DNA of 64,000 bases, taken from NCBI GenBank assembly GCA_965231075.1, contig OZ246412.1:91903-155902 (forward strand). The letters are read 5' to 3'. The notes beneath the pieces are model-generated. The model had not been told where the DNA came from. It worked only from the letters and a program-made list of their open reading frames with translations, and searched no databases. Positions 7,766 to 18,449 of the stretch are shown piece after piece. Made by a program: the position numbers and the translations under genes. Source of the DNA: an uncultured Candidatus Saccharibacteria bacterium. GTDB taxonomy: Bacteria; Patescibacteriota; Minisyncoccia; RBG-13-40-8-A. How positions within the stretch are numbered: position 1 is the first letter of the stretch; every line of letters begins with the position of its first letter.

Positions 7766-8793
7766 AATTGAAGATTTAAAAATTAAGACCCGCCAAATGG
7801 CGGACTGTCTTTGATTTAGAAAACAAAAAACAAAGAATTATTCAATTAGAAATTTTAACCCAAGAAGGAAATTTTTGGAAGGACAGTCAAAAGGCAGCAA
7901 AAATAAGCAAGGAATTGGCGGAGCTAAGAGAAGAGGTTGATATTTGGAACGGACTAGAAAAAGACTTAATCGGGATAAAAGATGAATCAATGTTATCTGC
8001 TTGGGAAGAAAGATTTAAAAAAGAAGAATTTAAGGCACTGTTTTCGGGAAAATACGACAGAAAAAATGCAATTGTTTCCATCTATTCTGGTGCCGGCGGG
8101 ACAGAAGCACAGGATTGGGCGAACATGCTACTGCGAATGTATTCGCGTTATGCCGAAAAACACAACTTAAAATACAAATTAATTGATATTAGTTTTGGAC
8201 AGGAAGCGGGAATTAAAAACGCAGTTTTAGAGATTGATGGTGCATATGTGTATGGATATTTAAAAAAAGAAAATGGCGTGCATCGCTTAGTTAGACAGTC
8301 GCCATTCAATTCTGATAATTTAAGACACACATCATTTGCCTTGGTAGAGGTTTTGCCGGAGATTGGCAAAGACGTTGAATCGGAAATCGAAATTAAACCA
8401 GACGACCTAAAAATTGATACTTTTCGTTCTTCGGGTCCGGGTGGACAGAATGTAAATATGCGTTCAACTGCAATTAGAATCACTCACTTACCAACGAAAT
8501 TGGTGGTTGCTTGTCAGGGAGAAAGAAGTCAGGCACAGAATCGAGAAAGGGCAATGAGTATTCTTTACACGAAAATCTATCAAAAAAAACTTCAAGAGGC
8601 AGCTGAAGAAAAGAAAGAAATTCGCGGAGAGCTCCCGTCTGTAGAGTGGGGAAGTCAGATTCGTTCTTATGTTTTACATCCCTATAAAATGGTTAAAGAT
8701 CACAGAACAGAAATAGAAAGTTCTCACCCAGAAGAGGTTTTAGATGGAGATTTAGACGAATTTATAGAAGCAGAGATAAAAATCAAAAATTAA
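7749..8793 (+). CDS. prfB: Peptide chain release factor 2 with programmed +1 frameshift
   Basis: ATG 7749 opens MTIQDKIEDLKIKTRQMADCL, ending at CTT TGA (7809-7814). The +1 frame from 7813 is open into the 7915..8793 ORF. SPF and GGQ motifs present. Confidence 0.95.
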
Positions 8794-8798
8794 TTAAA

Positions 8799-9476
8799 AT
8801 GATTGAATTTAAAAACGTTTCAAAATTTTATAACGATTGTTCGGCACTAGACAAGGTAACTTTTAGTATTAAACCAAAAGAATTTGTTTCAATTGTCGGT
8901 CGTTCCGGTGCTGGCAAAACCACGCTTTTGAAAATGCTTTTAAAGGAAGAAGAACCAAGTGAAGGAGAAATTATTGTTGATGGCAGAGATGTTGGTAAAT
9001 TAAAAAAACACGACATACCAATATACCGTAGAAAAATTGGTTCAATTTTCCAGGATTTTAAATTATTACCCAATAAAACTGCCTATGAAAACATCGCCTT
9101 TGCTATGGAGGCGGCAGGAAGAACTGAACAGGAAATCGCGGTTGATGTTCCACAAATTTTAAATTTAGTAGAATTAACCGACAAAGCCAATAACTTTCCT
9201 TGTCAACTTTCTGGCGGAGAAAAACAAAGAGTGGCGATTGGCAGGGCATTGGTTCATAAACCAGACATTTTAATGGCCGACGAACCAACAGGAAACCTTG
9301 ATCCACTACACACCTGGGATATCATTAGATTACTTTGCCGAATTAATGAATTAGGAACTACGGTTATTTTGGCAACACACGATCGAGAAATTATTAATGC
9401 ACTAGGAAAAAGAGTATTAAGTTTTGATAAAGGAAGATTGATTAGGGACGAGGAGGTTGGAAGATATATTGTTTGA
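8799..9476 (+). CDS. ftsE: Cell division ATP-binding protein FtsE
   Basis: GRSGAGKTT, FQDFKLL, LSGGEKQRV, ADEPTGNLD; next to ftsX. Confidence 0.93.
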   Translation: MIEFKNVSKFYNDCSALDKVTFSIKPKEFVSIVGRSGAGKTTLLKMLLKEEEPSEGEIIVDGRDVGKLKKHDIPIYRRKIGSIFQDFKLLPNKTAYENIAFAMEAAGRTEQEIAVDVPQILNLVELTDKANNFPCQLSGGEKQRVAIGRALVHKPDILMADEPTGNLDPLHTWDIIRLLCRINELGTTVILATHDREIINALGKRVLSFDKGRLIRDEEVGRYIV

Positions 9477-9510
9477 AAATTGAAAATTAAAAATTGTAAA
9501 TTATATTTAT

Positions 9511-10419
9511 ATGATGGAAGCAATAAAAAGAGTATTTAAGTGGGGCCTGAAAAATTTTTGGAGGAATGGTTGGTTGTCGACGGCGACAATCAGTATTATG
9601 GTTCTAACATTATTAGTGATTACGGTTCTATTGATGGTTAATGTGATTGCCAGCGCAACACTGGAAAATCTTGAAGATAAAATTGATATTAGCGTTTATT
9701 TTAAATTGGAAACTCCCGAGGCAGAAATACTAGAAGCCAAGGCTCAATTAGAAAAACTAGCCGAAGTAGAGAGTATCGAATATACCTCACAAAATGATGC
9801 CTTAATTGCGTTTAAAGAGAAACACAAAGACAACCCAGTTTTATTGCAGAGTCTGGATGAACTAGAAAACAATCCTTTAGAGGCAAGTTTGAATATTAAA
9901 GCTAATGAAACGTCGCAATATGCGAGCATAAATCAGTTTTTGGAAAGTGTGCACTACAAGAATATCATCGATAAAGTAAATTATTTACAAAATAAAAGCG
10001 TTATTGAAAAACTGGGCAAAATTATTGTCGACGTTAAAACCTTTGGATTGATTCTTAGTTTAGGTATGGCGTTAATCGTATTCTTGGTAACATTCAATTC
10101 AATTCGGTTAGCGATCTATAGTTCTCGAGAAGAAATTAATGTTATGAAACTAGTTGGGGCTAGTAATTGGTTTATTCGCGGACCGTTTATTATTGAAGGA
10201 TTGATGTATGGATTAATAGCCACAATAGTAACTATGATTTTGTTATACCCAATTTTTTATCTTGTATCTCCAAAATTATCGAATTTCTTGCCGATCGAAA
10301 ATATATTTTCTTATTTTAAATCCAACGCCGCAATGTTGGCACTATTGCTTTTTGCTGTAAGCTCAATTCTGGGGGTGTTTAGTAGTTTCATTGCTGTAAG
10401 AAAATATTTAAAAAGTTAA
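9511..10419 (+). CDS. ftsX: Cell division permease FtsX
   Basis: NFWRNGWLS, NPL, REEINVMKLVGASNWFIRGPFIIEG. Confidence 0.93.
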   Translation: MMEAIKRVFKWGLKNFWRNGWLSTATISIMVLTLLVITVLLMVNVIASATLENLEDKIDISVYFKLETPEAEILEAKAQLEKLAEVESIEYTSQNDALIAFKEKHKDNPVLLQSLDELENNPLEASLNIKANETSQYASINQFLESVHYKNIIDKVNYLQNKSVIEKLGKIIVDVKTFGLILSLGMALIVFLVTFNSIRLAIYSSREEINVMKLVGASNWFIRGPFIIEGLMYGLIATIVTMILLYPIFYLVSPKLSNFLPIENIFSYFKSNAAMLALLLFAVSSILGVFSSFIAVRKYLKS

Positions 10420-10436
10420 AAACAAACAAGTGGACA

Positions 10437-10470
10437 TTAAAAAATCCCGATTAATCCGGGATTTTTTAAT
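10437..10470 (+). terminator. Intrinsic terminator after ftsX
   Basis: ttaaaaaatcccg-attaatc-cgggattttttaa. Confidence 0.7.
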
Positions 10471-10616
10471 TAATCAATAAAATATTACAATTTGTTTGCG
10501 CCCACGACAGAAATTAATGCCTTGCAAAATTATTGATAGTATGTTATAATACAAAATATAATATTTGTTCTTTTCAATAAAATATAAACGTTAAATTTAA
10601 ACCAAAGGGAGGTCAT

Positions 10617-12452
10617 ATGAACATACGGCAGTTTGTCAGGAAGGCGTGGGAGATTTATGCTCCGTTTCGAGGCAAGATGGCAATTGTATTTATTTTTATT
10701 GCCATTTCTCAGGCTCTGATGCTTGTGGCGCCATATTTTCAGGGGATGCTCATTGACTGCCTGATTCAACGGGCGCCGATGAGTAAAACATATCTGATTA
10801 TGGGCTTAGCATTGGCCGCGTTTATACTCCAAAACGTGTTTATAGGGTATTACCGTGAAGTTTTTGAAATTAAAAATCTTGACTTCGCAATCCCCGAACA
10901 CGCCAACAGGAAAACCATGGAAAAAATTCTGAGCCTATCGGTTGGACAGCACATCACCCAAAATAGTGCTATCAAGGAAAGCATTGTCCTAAAGGGGCAG
11001 CATTCTTTAACGGCGCTAGCCTACACATTAATGTACGAAGTGCTTCCAATCGTTGTTCAGGTTGTTTTTATGGTCGGTGCCTTGCTTTGGATGAGTTGGG
11101 CGCTTGGGTTGGTAGTAATTGTTGGTATGGCACTATTCGTAAGCGCTATCATTGTGGGTAATATGAAAATTCAGAAACCACTAAAGAAAGTCGAAAAAAT
11201 GTACCACAATAATTCGCGCCTACGCGGCGAAATTTATCGAAACGTTGAACTCGTTTTGGTTAATAGTCAGGAGAAACGGGCCATTCACGAAAGTGACGCT
11301 GATCTACACAGAGTCCACTTAGAATCCCAGAGCATTTGGCTTAAATTTGTAAAGTGGGCATTTGCCCGCAATATCATCGTTGGGTTAACCCGATTCGCAG
11401 TTATGGCTATCGGGATATACTATGTATATAATGGTGTTTATACGCCTGGGTACTTAGTGATCTTCTGGTCGTGGTCAAGTAATGCACTCGCCCAAGTCGG
11501 GATGGTCAGCAACCTCCAGAGACGTATTGTCGACATGTACGCATACGTCAAAAGATATTTCCGATTACTCGACTTAGAGCCAAGCGTTAAGGTGATCGCC
11601 AACCCGGTTCGCCCAGATAAATTCATGGGACGAATCGAATTCAAAAATGTCACATTTGAATATCCATCGCGCGATAAAGATCCGGACGACAATGACGAGG
11701 AAGAGGAGCCACCGACGAACATAGGCAGACAAATTGGACCAGCGCTAAAGAACGTAAGTTTTACCATAGAGGCCGGGAAAACGATTGCGTTCGTTGGAGA
11801 GTCTGGCGCTGGTAAAACCACTGCCATTCATGCGCTATTACGCGCCGAAGATGTTAAAGAGGGACAAATCACAATTGATGGCAATGATCTTCGGGTGCTT
11901 GATCTCAGTCATCTTCGTGAATCAGTTGGACTTGTCGAACAACACGTTCCACTGTTTGATGAGACGCTACGATATAATATCACTTACGCTCTCGATGCGT
12001 CAGCTGATCAAATCACCAAAGAAAAGTTAGATCAGGTTGCCGAAATGGCCTGCGTAGATCGATTCTATGACAAACTCGAAAAGGGTTACGACACTCTAAT
12101 TGGTGAGCGTGGCGTCAAGCTTTCTGGCGGGGAGCGTCAACGAGTTGGGATTGCTCGAGCACTGATAAAAGATCCCGACATTCTGATACTTGATGAAGCA
12201 ACGAGCAACTTAGATTCCCAAAACGAGGCGCTCATTAAGCTTTCAATCGAAAAAGCATCCAAGGGTCGCACCACAATTATCATCGCGCATCGATTTTCAA
12301 CAATTCGAAACGCTGACAAGATCGTGGTTTTTGAAAGGGGCCAAGTTGTTGGGGAGGGGACACATGACGAGTTGATGCTCTCGTGTTCCGAGTATCAAAG
12401 ATTGATTCATCATCAAATGAACAATTCAACAGAGGAGGAGGTGTTGAATTAA
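10617..12452 (+). CDS. ABC exporter, fused permease and ATPase
   Basis: TM domain plus GESGAGKTT, LSGGERQR, LDEATS, IAHR; GGGAGG SD; GC-richer than flanks. Confidence 0.92.
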   Translation: MNIRQFVRKAWEIYAPFRGKMAIVFIFIAISQALMLVAPYFQGMLIDCLIQRAPMSKTYLIMGLALAAFILQNVFIGYYREVFEIKNLDFAIPEHANRKTMEKILSLSVGQHITQNSAIKESIVLKGQHSLTALAYTLMYEVLPIVVQVVFMVGALLWMSWALGLVVIVGMALFVSAIIVGNMKIQKPLKKVEKMYHNNSRLRGEIYRNVELVLVNSQEKRAIHESDADLHRVHLESQSIWLKFVKWAFARNIIVGLTRFAVMAIGIYYVYNGVYTPGYLVIFWSWSSNALAQVGMVSNLQRRIVDMYAYVKRYFRLLDLEPSVKVIANPVRPDKFMGRIEFKNVTFEYPSRDKDPDDNDEEEEPPTNIGRQIGPALKNVSFTIEAGKTIAFVGESGAGKTTAIHALLRAEDVKEGQITIDGNDLRVLDLSHLRESVGLVEQHVPLFDETLRYNITYALDASADQITKEKLDQVAEMACVDRFYDKLEKGYDTLIGERGVKLSGGERQRVGIARALIKDPDILILDEATSNLDSQNEALIKLSIEKASKGRTTIIIAHRFSTIRNADKIVVFERGQVVGEGTHDELMLSCSEYQRLIHHQMNNSTEEEVLN

Positions 12453-12487
12453 CACACAGGAAGGTCGTTAAATAATCGCTAGACAGT

Positions 12488-12515
12488 AAAAGGAGCCTGA
12501 CCAGCTCCTTTTTTA
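12488..12515. terminator. Bidirectional terminator
   Basis: aaaaggagc-ctgacca-gctcctttt between convergent genes. Confidence 0.7.
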
Positions 12516-12541
12516 ATTAACAAAAATTGATAGAATAAGAC

Positions 12542-13882
12542 CTATAAACTATCGATATCGGCTTGATATTGGTTTGCCATCGAGACGACACTGTCTCCAT
12601 AAAATCGATATTTGGTGTTTGTAGATCCGGAAAAATACAACATTGCCGCTTTCCATTCACCACTAACTGATCCCGCTCCACCGGCTTTTAGTTTTATCGC
12701 TGCCGCAATAAATGCATCGCGAATGTCCCAGGGATTAGCAGTTTTTCCGGTGATAGCGGCTACCTTATCTTTATAACCCATCCAAGTTGAGGGGATGAAT
12801 TGTGCGGGACCCATCGCGCCACCCCAACCAATTTGGTTGCCTTTGCTGTCGCGCATTGGACAGGAAACGGGGGTGGTATCAATGTCTAATCCCAACTCAT
12901 CGGTAATAGTTTTAAATGGCTCGTGATCGCGAGATGGCTTCATAACCACTCTCCAGCTTTTTTCCGGAGGATCGCCAGCACGATTACAGGTACCAACATT
13001 TTTACCTAAATTTGATTCTTGAGTTAAAATTGCCAAAAGGAATGCCGCTCTTACGCCAGTTTGTTCTGATGCCCATTTAGCAATTTCAACTGCCTGACCG
13101 AATGTAATTTGTGTGCTTATGCCTAGCAACTGATAAAGTCGATTACGAATTTCTGTGGCTTTTTTACGATTATCAGTCAAAATTGCTTGGTATGTGCTTT
13201 CTTTGCCCTTGGTTTCTTTAAGTAAACTATTTTGAGTGCTTACAGACCCAGACAATTGTTGTTGTTGCAATGTTTTTATAGACAAAAGATTGCGCGCATC
13301 TTCTTGTTGTTGGGTTAAAGTTTCGGCTTGTTGGTCGAGTTGGGCCTTGGTTTGTTGTATTTTCTCAAGCACGTCTTTTACGCTGGAAAAAATCTGAGAA
13401 TATTGTTCGACACTATTAAATGCGTCCAATAAATTATCTTCGGCAACAACCATATAAATAAATGGATAATCATCATATTCGTTTATCGCACGAATAAATT
13501 GGGCGATTTGTTCTTGAAGTAATTGAATTTTTAAAACATTATCATTGATTGCGGCCTTGGTTTGAGTTAATTGACCACCCAGTCTGGTGATTTGTAAATT
13601 AGTAGCCTTAATCTGTAGACTTAAGGTTGCTTGTTGGCTTTGTAATTGTTTAATTTTGTTTTGGAGAGTATTTTTTTGTCCCGCAATAGTGCTAAGTTGT
13701 TGTTGAAGTTGGATGATTTGTGCCTCGATGTCGTTGAGTTGTTGTTGAAGTTGGACTTTTTCGGCTTCGGTTTGTTGTAATAAAGTGTCTTCGGCAAAAA
13801 TCGGGAACACGGGCAAAATAATCATCATCAAAATGATAGAAATCAAAATCACTTTTTGTTTTGATAATTTTTTATTCATCAT
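12542..13882 (-). CDS. Secreted coiled-coil lytic murein transglycosylase
   Basis: Signal peptide, Gln-rich coiled coil, LAILTQES and GGAMGPAQFIPSTW. Confidence 0.85.
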   Translation of the reverse strand: MMNKKLSKQKVILISIILMMIILPVFPIFAEDTLLQQTEAEKVQLQQQLNDIEAQIIQLQQQLSTIAGQKNTLQNKIKQLQSQQATLSLQIKATNLQITRLGGQLTQTKAAINDNVLKIQLLQEQIAQFIRAINEYDDYPFIYMVVAEDNLLDAFNSVEQYSQIFSSVKDVLEKIQQTKAQLDQQAETLTQQQEDARNLLSIKTLQQQQLSGSVSTQNSLLKETKGKESTYQAILTDNRKKATEIRNRLYQLLGISTQITFGQAVEIAKWASEQTGVRAAFLLAILTQESNLGKNVGTCNRAGDPPEKSWRVVMKPSRDHEPFKTITDELGLDIDTTPVSCPMRDSKGNQIGWGGAMGPAQFIPSTWMGYKDKVAAITGKTANPWDIRDAFIAAAIKLKAGGAGSVSGEWKAAMLYFSGSTNTKYRFYGDSVVSMANQYQADIDSL

Positions 13883-14013
13883 ACTGACTACCTCGGTTAA
13901 GAACCCAATCTTTGAAGGCAAATTAGACTCTTTTCCGGGACCATCCTCGATGCGTCTTGGTCGGAGACTTGTTTATAGATTATAGCACAAAACGGAACAA
14001 ATATTCTCTTTTA

Positions 14014-14949
14014 TTATCTATTCGTCATAAATTCTGCTAACGCAAAAATTAACCAATAGGCAAACAACAAGTATGCCTCTCTTTTTGTGAGAGTGCGTTC
14101 TGTCTTCATAAATCGAAAAAGGATAAGCGACGCCACGACCATAAACAAACCGGTAACATAAATAATTTTTGACGGAAAATAAAACGGCCTCATTAAAGCA
14201 AGGATACCAACGACTATGGTTGCATCTGCAAGAACGGTTCCCAAAACATCTCCAATGGCAAGACATTCATCTTTTTTCTTAACCGATTTTAAAGCAAAGA
14301 ACAATTCTGGTATCGTCGTCCCCAGCCCCACAACCAACATCCCTATAAGAATCGGGTTTATTTTGAGACAATTTGCAATTTCAACAGCAGAAGTCACTAT
14401 GAAATGAGACCCGACCAATAAGATTGCCATGCCAGAAACCAACATTAATAGGTTTTTATATTTATTATCACCGTTATATGGCGAAGTCTTAACGTTGTTT
14501 CCGCGCTTATAAACAATATAGTAAAATGATGTTCCCGCAATTATAAGTGCCAGGCCCTCGAGGCGGGAAAAATGACCGTTTAAGCCCAATACCAACGGCA
14601 AAAACAATATAAACGGATATACAACATGATTTTTTAAAATTTTTCCTTCAACCTTCAAACATCTTCCAGCAAAAAAAATCATTACCGCGAAAACCAATGT
14701 CAGATCGGCGACATTCGAACCGAATAATGTTCCGAGTCCAAAAGAGGGAATTCCCTCAATGGCCGCATTAATCGCAATAAATGTTTCCGGGAGAATGGAA
14801 ATAATGGCAATCATTATAAAGCCAACTGTAAATTTTGATAAATGAAAACTTAACGCTAGGCGTGCAGCATATTTTGTTGCCATGGCCGCTCCCTGAACTA
14901 CCATAAAGAAAGCAGCTATGAAAATAAACAAATCATTAACCATATACAA
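14014..14949 (-). CDS. Na+/Ca2+ (CaCA family) antiporter
   Basis: Two alpha-repeats, LPE..GTLFGSNV and GTTIPE..GDVLG; many TM segments. Confidence 0.88.
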   Translation of the reverse strand: MYMVNDLFIFIAAFFMVVQGAAMATKYAARLALSFHLSKFTVGFIMIAIISILPETFIAINAAIEGIPSFGLGTLFGSNVADLTLVFAVMIFFAGRCLKVEGKILKNHVVYPFILFLPLVLGLNGHFSRLEGLALIIAGTSFYYIVYKRGNNVKTSPYNGDNKYKNLLMLVSGMAILLVGSHFIVTSAVEIANCLKINPILIGMLVVGLGTTIPELFFALKSVKKKDECLAIGDVLGTVLADATIVVGILALMRPFYFPSKIIYVTGLFMVVASLILFRFMKTERTLTKREAYLLFAYWLIFALAEFMTNR

Positions 14950-15194
14950 AATTTAATTATTCTTTATAATTAAATTTTATCAGAAATTTATTAAAAACCC
15001 TACCAATTTTATTGATTAGGGTATTTATGCATTATAATTCTCAGTTTCGATTATTGTTTTTCGGCGAGTTTTGATTCTTCTGTAGAAGTTTTGATTGTTT
15101 TGGAACCTTTCCCGGTCGCACTGTATGTCTGCGGGACCTGGATTCTCCGCCCGAGGCGGACCAGCCTTGGGCTGGGAACCCTCATTAATTCTCA

Positions 15195-15268
15195 TGGCTG
15201 CCGGGCTAGGATTCGAACCTAGATTACCTGATCCAGAGTCAAGCGTGCTACCATTACACCACCCGGCA
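15195..15268 (-). tRNA. tRNA-Gln(CUG)
   Basis: Reverse complement TGCCGGGTGGTGTAATGGTAGCAC..CTCTGGA..GTTCGAATCCTAGCCCGGCAGCCA. Confidence 0.95.
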
Positions 15269-15524
15269 ATGTATTCTTAATCTTATCAAAAACCCGGGTG
15301 TTTGTAAATTTAATTTATGCTATAATTATCATGTACCCACTGAAAGGAGGATGCCAAAAACAAACAACAACGAATGCTCGAATGTCGAATTCGCTGGTAC
15401 AACTGTATGGTTCTTTGCTCTTTGGTTGCGGGGAGGCGCAACTATTTCAGGTCCAAGGCCTCAAAAAGACGAGGCTATCGCAGATGGTAAAAAACATCCC
15501 GGGGCCCATTGGGTTCCCGGGATT

Positions 15525-15653
15525 TCAATATTGCCAACGTCCGCGAATCAATATGATTATACCCACCCTGACCAACACCAGCAAGCCGATGACAATAAAC
15601 ACTGAAAAGATGATTTGTAAAATATAAAGAACTTTGTCTATTTTTTTATTCAT
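15525..15653 (-). CDS. Small single-TM hydrophobic peptide (42 aa)
   Basis: MNKKIDKVLYILQIIFSVFIVIGLLVLVRVGIIILIRGRWQY; AGGAGG SD; TTGACT-17-CATACT upstream. Confidence 0.6.
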   Translation of the reverse strand: MNKKIDKVLYILQIIFSVFIVIGLLVLVRVGIIILIRGRWQY

Positions 15654-15722
15654 CGGTTCCTCCTAATTGAAGTATGTATTCATTTTGATTAAAAGTCAAT
15701 TTGGGAGTAAAATTAGATTGTA

Positions 15723-16670
15723 ATGAAAAAAATATTGTTTTTGATAATTTTAATTACAATTGTTATCGGCGGGTTTTTTGTGTTTAAAAATACGCGGAAT
15801 TTTGATTTTAAAAATCAAAATTCCGCTAAAATAATACCACCCAAAATGGATAGGGTCTCAATTTTAGCGTTTGGTGATATGATGTTGGACAGAACTGTGT
15901 TGGCAAAAACCGAAAAAACAGAGAACTATAATTTTCCATTTTTATTAATTGATGAATTTTTAAAAACTGCCGATATCAAATTCGCCAATTTGGAGGGCCC
16001 AATAACTAATTTCGAATCCGTGTCTAACGGTAACACACGCATGCGCTTTACGGTTGCACCAGAATTTTTACCAATTTTAAAACAACGTTTTCAGGTCTTG
16101 GGCTTAGCCAATAATCATATGCTTGATTTTGGCGAAAATGGTTACAATCAAACCAAGAATTATTTGTCTAATGCAGAAATAAATTATTTTGGCAATTATA
16201 ACAATCAATCGGATAATCTTTCTGCGATTATCGAAAAGAACAATATTAAGATTGGCTGGATCGGTTATCATGGCTTGGTTGGTGAGGGTTTCGAAAATAT
16301 CTTAAACGAAATAAAAACGCTTAGACCGCAAGTCGACTTTTTAATCGTTGTGCCACACTGGGGTGCAGAATATAAAAAAGTGCCCGCAGATAGCACCGTG
16401 AAAAAAGCGAAACAATTCGTTGATGCCGGCGCAGATTTAGTTTTGGGTGGTCATCCGCATGTAGTGCAACCGAGCGAAGATTATAAGGGTAAAAAAATTT
16501 ATTATTCTTTAGGGAATTTTATTTTCGATCAATACTGGTCCGAGGACACCATGGAGGGTCTGGCAGTTGAAATTTTAATCGAAAAAAGCGATAATCAAAT
16601 CAAAGCGGGATACAAACAACACAAGATTTTAATTAATAACAATAGCCAACCGAGTTTGGTTGAACAATAA
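15723..16670 (+). CDS. CapA/PGA_cap family metallophosphoesterase
   Basis: GDMMLDR, NLEGP, LANNHMLDFG, HWG.EY, GGHPHV, YSLGNFIFDQ. Confidence 0.9.
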   Translation: MKKILFLIILITIVIGGFFVFKNTRNFDFKNQNSAKIIPPKMDRVSILAFGDMMLDRTVLAKTEKTENYNFPFLLIDEFLKTADIKFANLEGPITNFESVSNGNTRMRFTVAPEFLPILKQRFQVLGLANNHMLDFGENGYNQTKNYLSNAEINYFGNYNNQSDNLSAIIEKNNIKIGWIGYHGLVGEGFENILNEIKTLRPQVDFLIVVPHWGAEYKKVPADSTVKKAKQFVDAGADLVLGGHPHVVQPSEDYKGKKIYYSLGNFIFDQYWSEDTMEGLAVEILIEKSDNQIKAGYKQHKILINNNSQPSLVEQ

Positions 16671-16675
16671 ACAAT

Positions 16676-17098
16676 ATGGACGACTGTATTTTTTGTAAAA
16701 TTGTAAAAGGGGAGGTTCCGAGTTTTAGAGTTTTTGAAAATGACAAGGTTTTTTGTTTTTTAGATATTAATCCCTTAACGAAGGGACACGCGTTGGTAAT
16801 TCCCAAAAAACACGCAGAAAATGTTTTTAATGTTTCCGAAGAAGATCTAAAAGAAATAATTTCTGTTGCTAAAAATTTGTCAGAAAAAATGAAAAAGGCT
16901 TGGGGAGTTGATAGCGTAAATATAATGAATGCGAGCGGAAAATCATCAGAGCAAAGTGTTTTTCATCTTCATTTTCATATTGTTCCTAGGCGTGTGGATG
17001 ATGGACTGGAAATGAATAAATGGTGGGGATCCAAAAATTATAAAGCCGATTTTGATGAGCTAAAACAATTAGCAGAAAGCTTGCGTAATTCTAAATAA
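16676..17098 (+). CDS. HIT family nucleotide hydrolase
   Basis: CIFCKI, GHALVIPK, HLHFHIVPR. Confidence 0.93.
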   Translation: MDDCIFCKIVKGEVPSFRVFENDKVFCFLDINPLTKGHALVIPKKHAENVFNVSEEDLKEIISVAKNLSEKMKKAWGVDSVNIMNASGKSSEQSVFHLHFHIVPRRVDDGLEMNKWWGSKNYKADFDELKQLAESLRNSK

Positions 17099-17130
17099 TG
17101 CGCTAATATTCTAATCCAGGGAGGTGACCT

Positions 17131-17502
17131 TTGAATAAAACAAAAAATCGTAAATACGAAACCATCCGCAGTAGGCTGGCAAATCTTAAGGGATCTAAGG
17201 AATATGAAAATATTCTGAAGATTACGAGATCCCAGCCCAGGATCGACAATCCCTCGACCACGACGATCGACTTTACCAAAAACGCAGAGACTGTATTTGC
17301 GGTAAAGATTCGTGATTCCGTAATTGATATTTTAAAAAAAAGGATGTGGAGGTCGTCAGACGCAGACAGGGAAATGGAGAGATTTATTAAAAGTTTACAA
17401 AAATGGATTAAGATTATTCTTCCGGCCTGCGATATTTCGTCGGAAGATTGGGGGAAGAAATTCCGAGACCAATTTTATCTAGACCAAGCCTGTAAGGACT
17501 GA
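17131..17502 (+). CDS. Hypothetical protein (solitary cassette)
   Basis: GGGAGGTGA SD, TTG start, TTGCGT-17-TAATAT promoter, downstream hairpin. Confidence 0.6.
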   Translation: MNKTKNRKYETIRSRLANLKGSKEYENILKITRSQPRIDNPSTTTIDFTKNAETVFAVKIRDSVIDILKKRMWRSSDADREMERFIKSLQKWIKIILPACDISSEDWGKKFRDQFYLDQACKD

Positions 17503-17610
17503 CGATGACGATTTAGTGACGATTGCCGTACAGCATTCGTCACTTTTATGTTATAATGAAATTATAATAATTAATCTATTTCGCCCTAGTGGGGCAAGTA
17601 CAAATAATAT

Positions 17611-18009
17611 ATGAAAGGTTTTCACGCAAACATTGGCGAAGCGTCAAAAAATAATGAAAATTTTCGCAAAGTGCTTTATACCGGAAAGCACTCACAATTA
17701 GTTTTAATGACCTTAAAACCAAGCGAAGAGATTGGCATGGAGACGCACACCGACAACGATCAATTTTTTAGATTTGAAGAGGGTAATGGCAAGGCAATTA
17801 TTGATGGAAACGAATATATTTTAAGCGCCGAAGATGTAATTGTTGTGCCGGCTGGCGCAGAACACAACATTATCAACACTTCGGATTCAGCACCATTAAA
17901 ATTATACACGATTTATTCGCCAGCCCACCATAAAGACGGAATTGTCCGTGCGACCAAAGAAGATGCAATAGCACAAGAAGCTGAATTCGACGGGCAAACA
18001 ACAGAATAA
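17611..18009 (+). CDS. Cupin domain protein
   Basis: EIGMETH..DQFFRFEEG..G, VPAGAEHNIIN. Confidence 0.9.
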   Translation: MKGFHANIGEASKNNENFRKVLYTGKHSQLVLMTLKPSEEIGMETHTDNDQFFRFEEGNGKAIIDGNEYILSAEDVIVVPAGAEHNIINTSDSAPLKLYTIYSPAHHKDGIVRATKEDAIAQEAEFDGQTTE

Positions 18010-18102
18010 AATAATTAAGCATAAAAAATTCTGCAATTAAAGCAGAATTTTTTAATTGACAAAAAGCATTAGAATGGTATTATGTCTTATAGGGAGGATG
18101 CA

Positions 18103-18240
18103 ATGAAAATTGAAGATGTAACTTGTGATCTTTGTACTCGCAATGGGAGATGCGCAAGGCAAGCAGAAGCGAAAGAGGTCGGGATTAAGAATCCCGCCAG
18201 CGACTGTGAGCATCTCGAAACCTGGGAGGATGTGGAATGA
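18103..18240 (+). CDS. Small Cys-containing protein (45 aa)
   Basis: MKIEDVTCDLCTRNGRC...SDCEHLETWEDVE; GGGAGG SD; stop overlaps the next ATG (ATGA). Confidence 0.6.
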   Translation: MKIEDVTCDLCTRNGRCARQAEAKEVGIKNPASDCEHLETWEDVE

Positions 18241-18449
18241 AAAATAGAAATTTTTCTCCCGAACCAAGAGTCTGTCCGAAATGTGGACACGGCGACTTCG
18301 TTATGTACGATAAAGTTGCAGGACGGTGGCGGTGCAATGTATTTTCCTGTGACTGGATCAGTGAGCCGTGTGACGAGAACGACTTAAGACAGCTCGTCAA
18401 AAAAACCGATTTCGAACGAGGAATGCTCGACCCTAGTTCTACGTGCTGA
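18237..18449 (+). CDS. Small Zn-ribbon protein
   Basis: CPKCG...WRCNVFSCDW; followed by terminator gtggtccg-gaaa-cggaccac-T8. Confidence 0.65.
   Translation: MKNRNFSPEPRVCPKCGHGDFVMYDKVAGRWRCNVFSCDWISEPCDENDLRQLVKKTDFERGMLDPSSTC

Noticed and set aside
3941-7800. DGR as a tRNA-Thr-integrated island
   Set aside because: It is adjacent to the tRNA, but I found no duplicated tRNA 3' end (att site) and no integrase.
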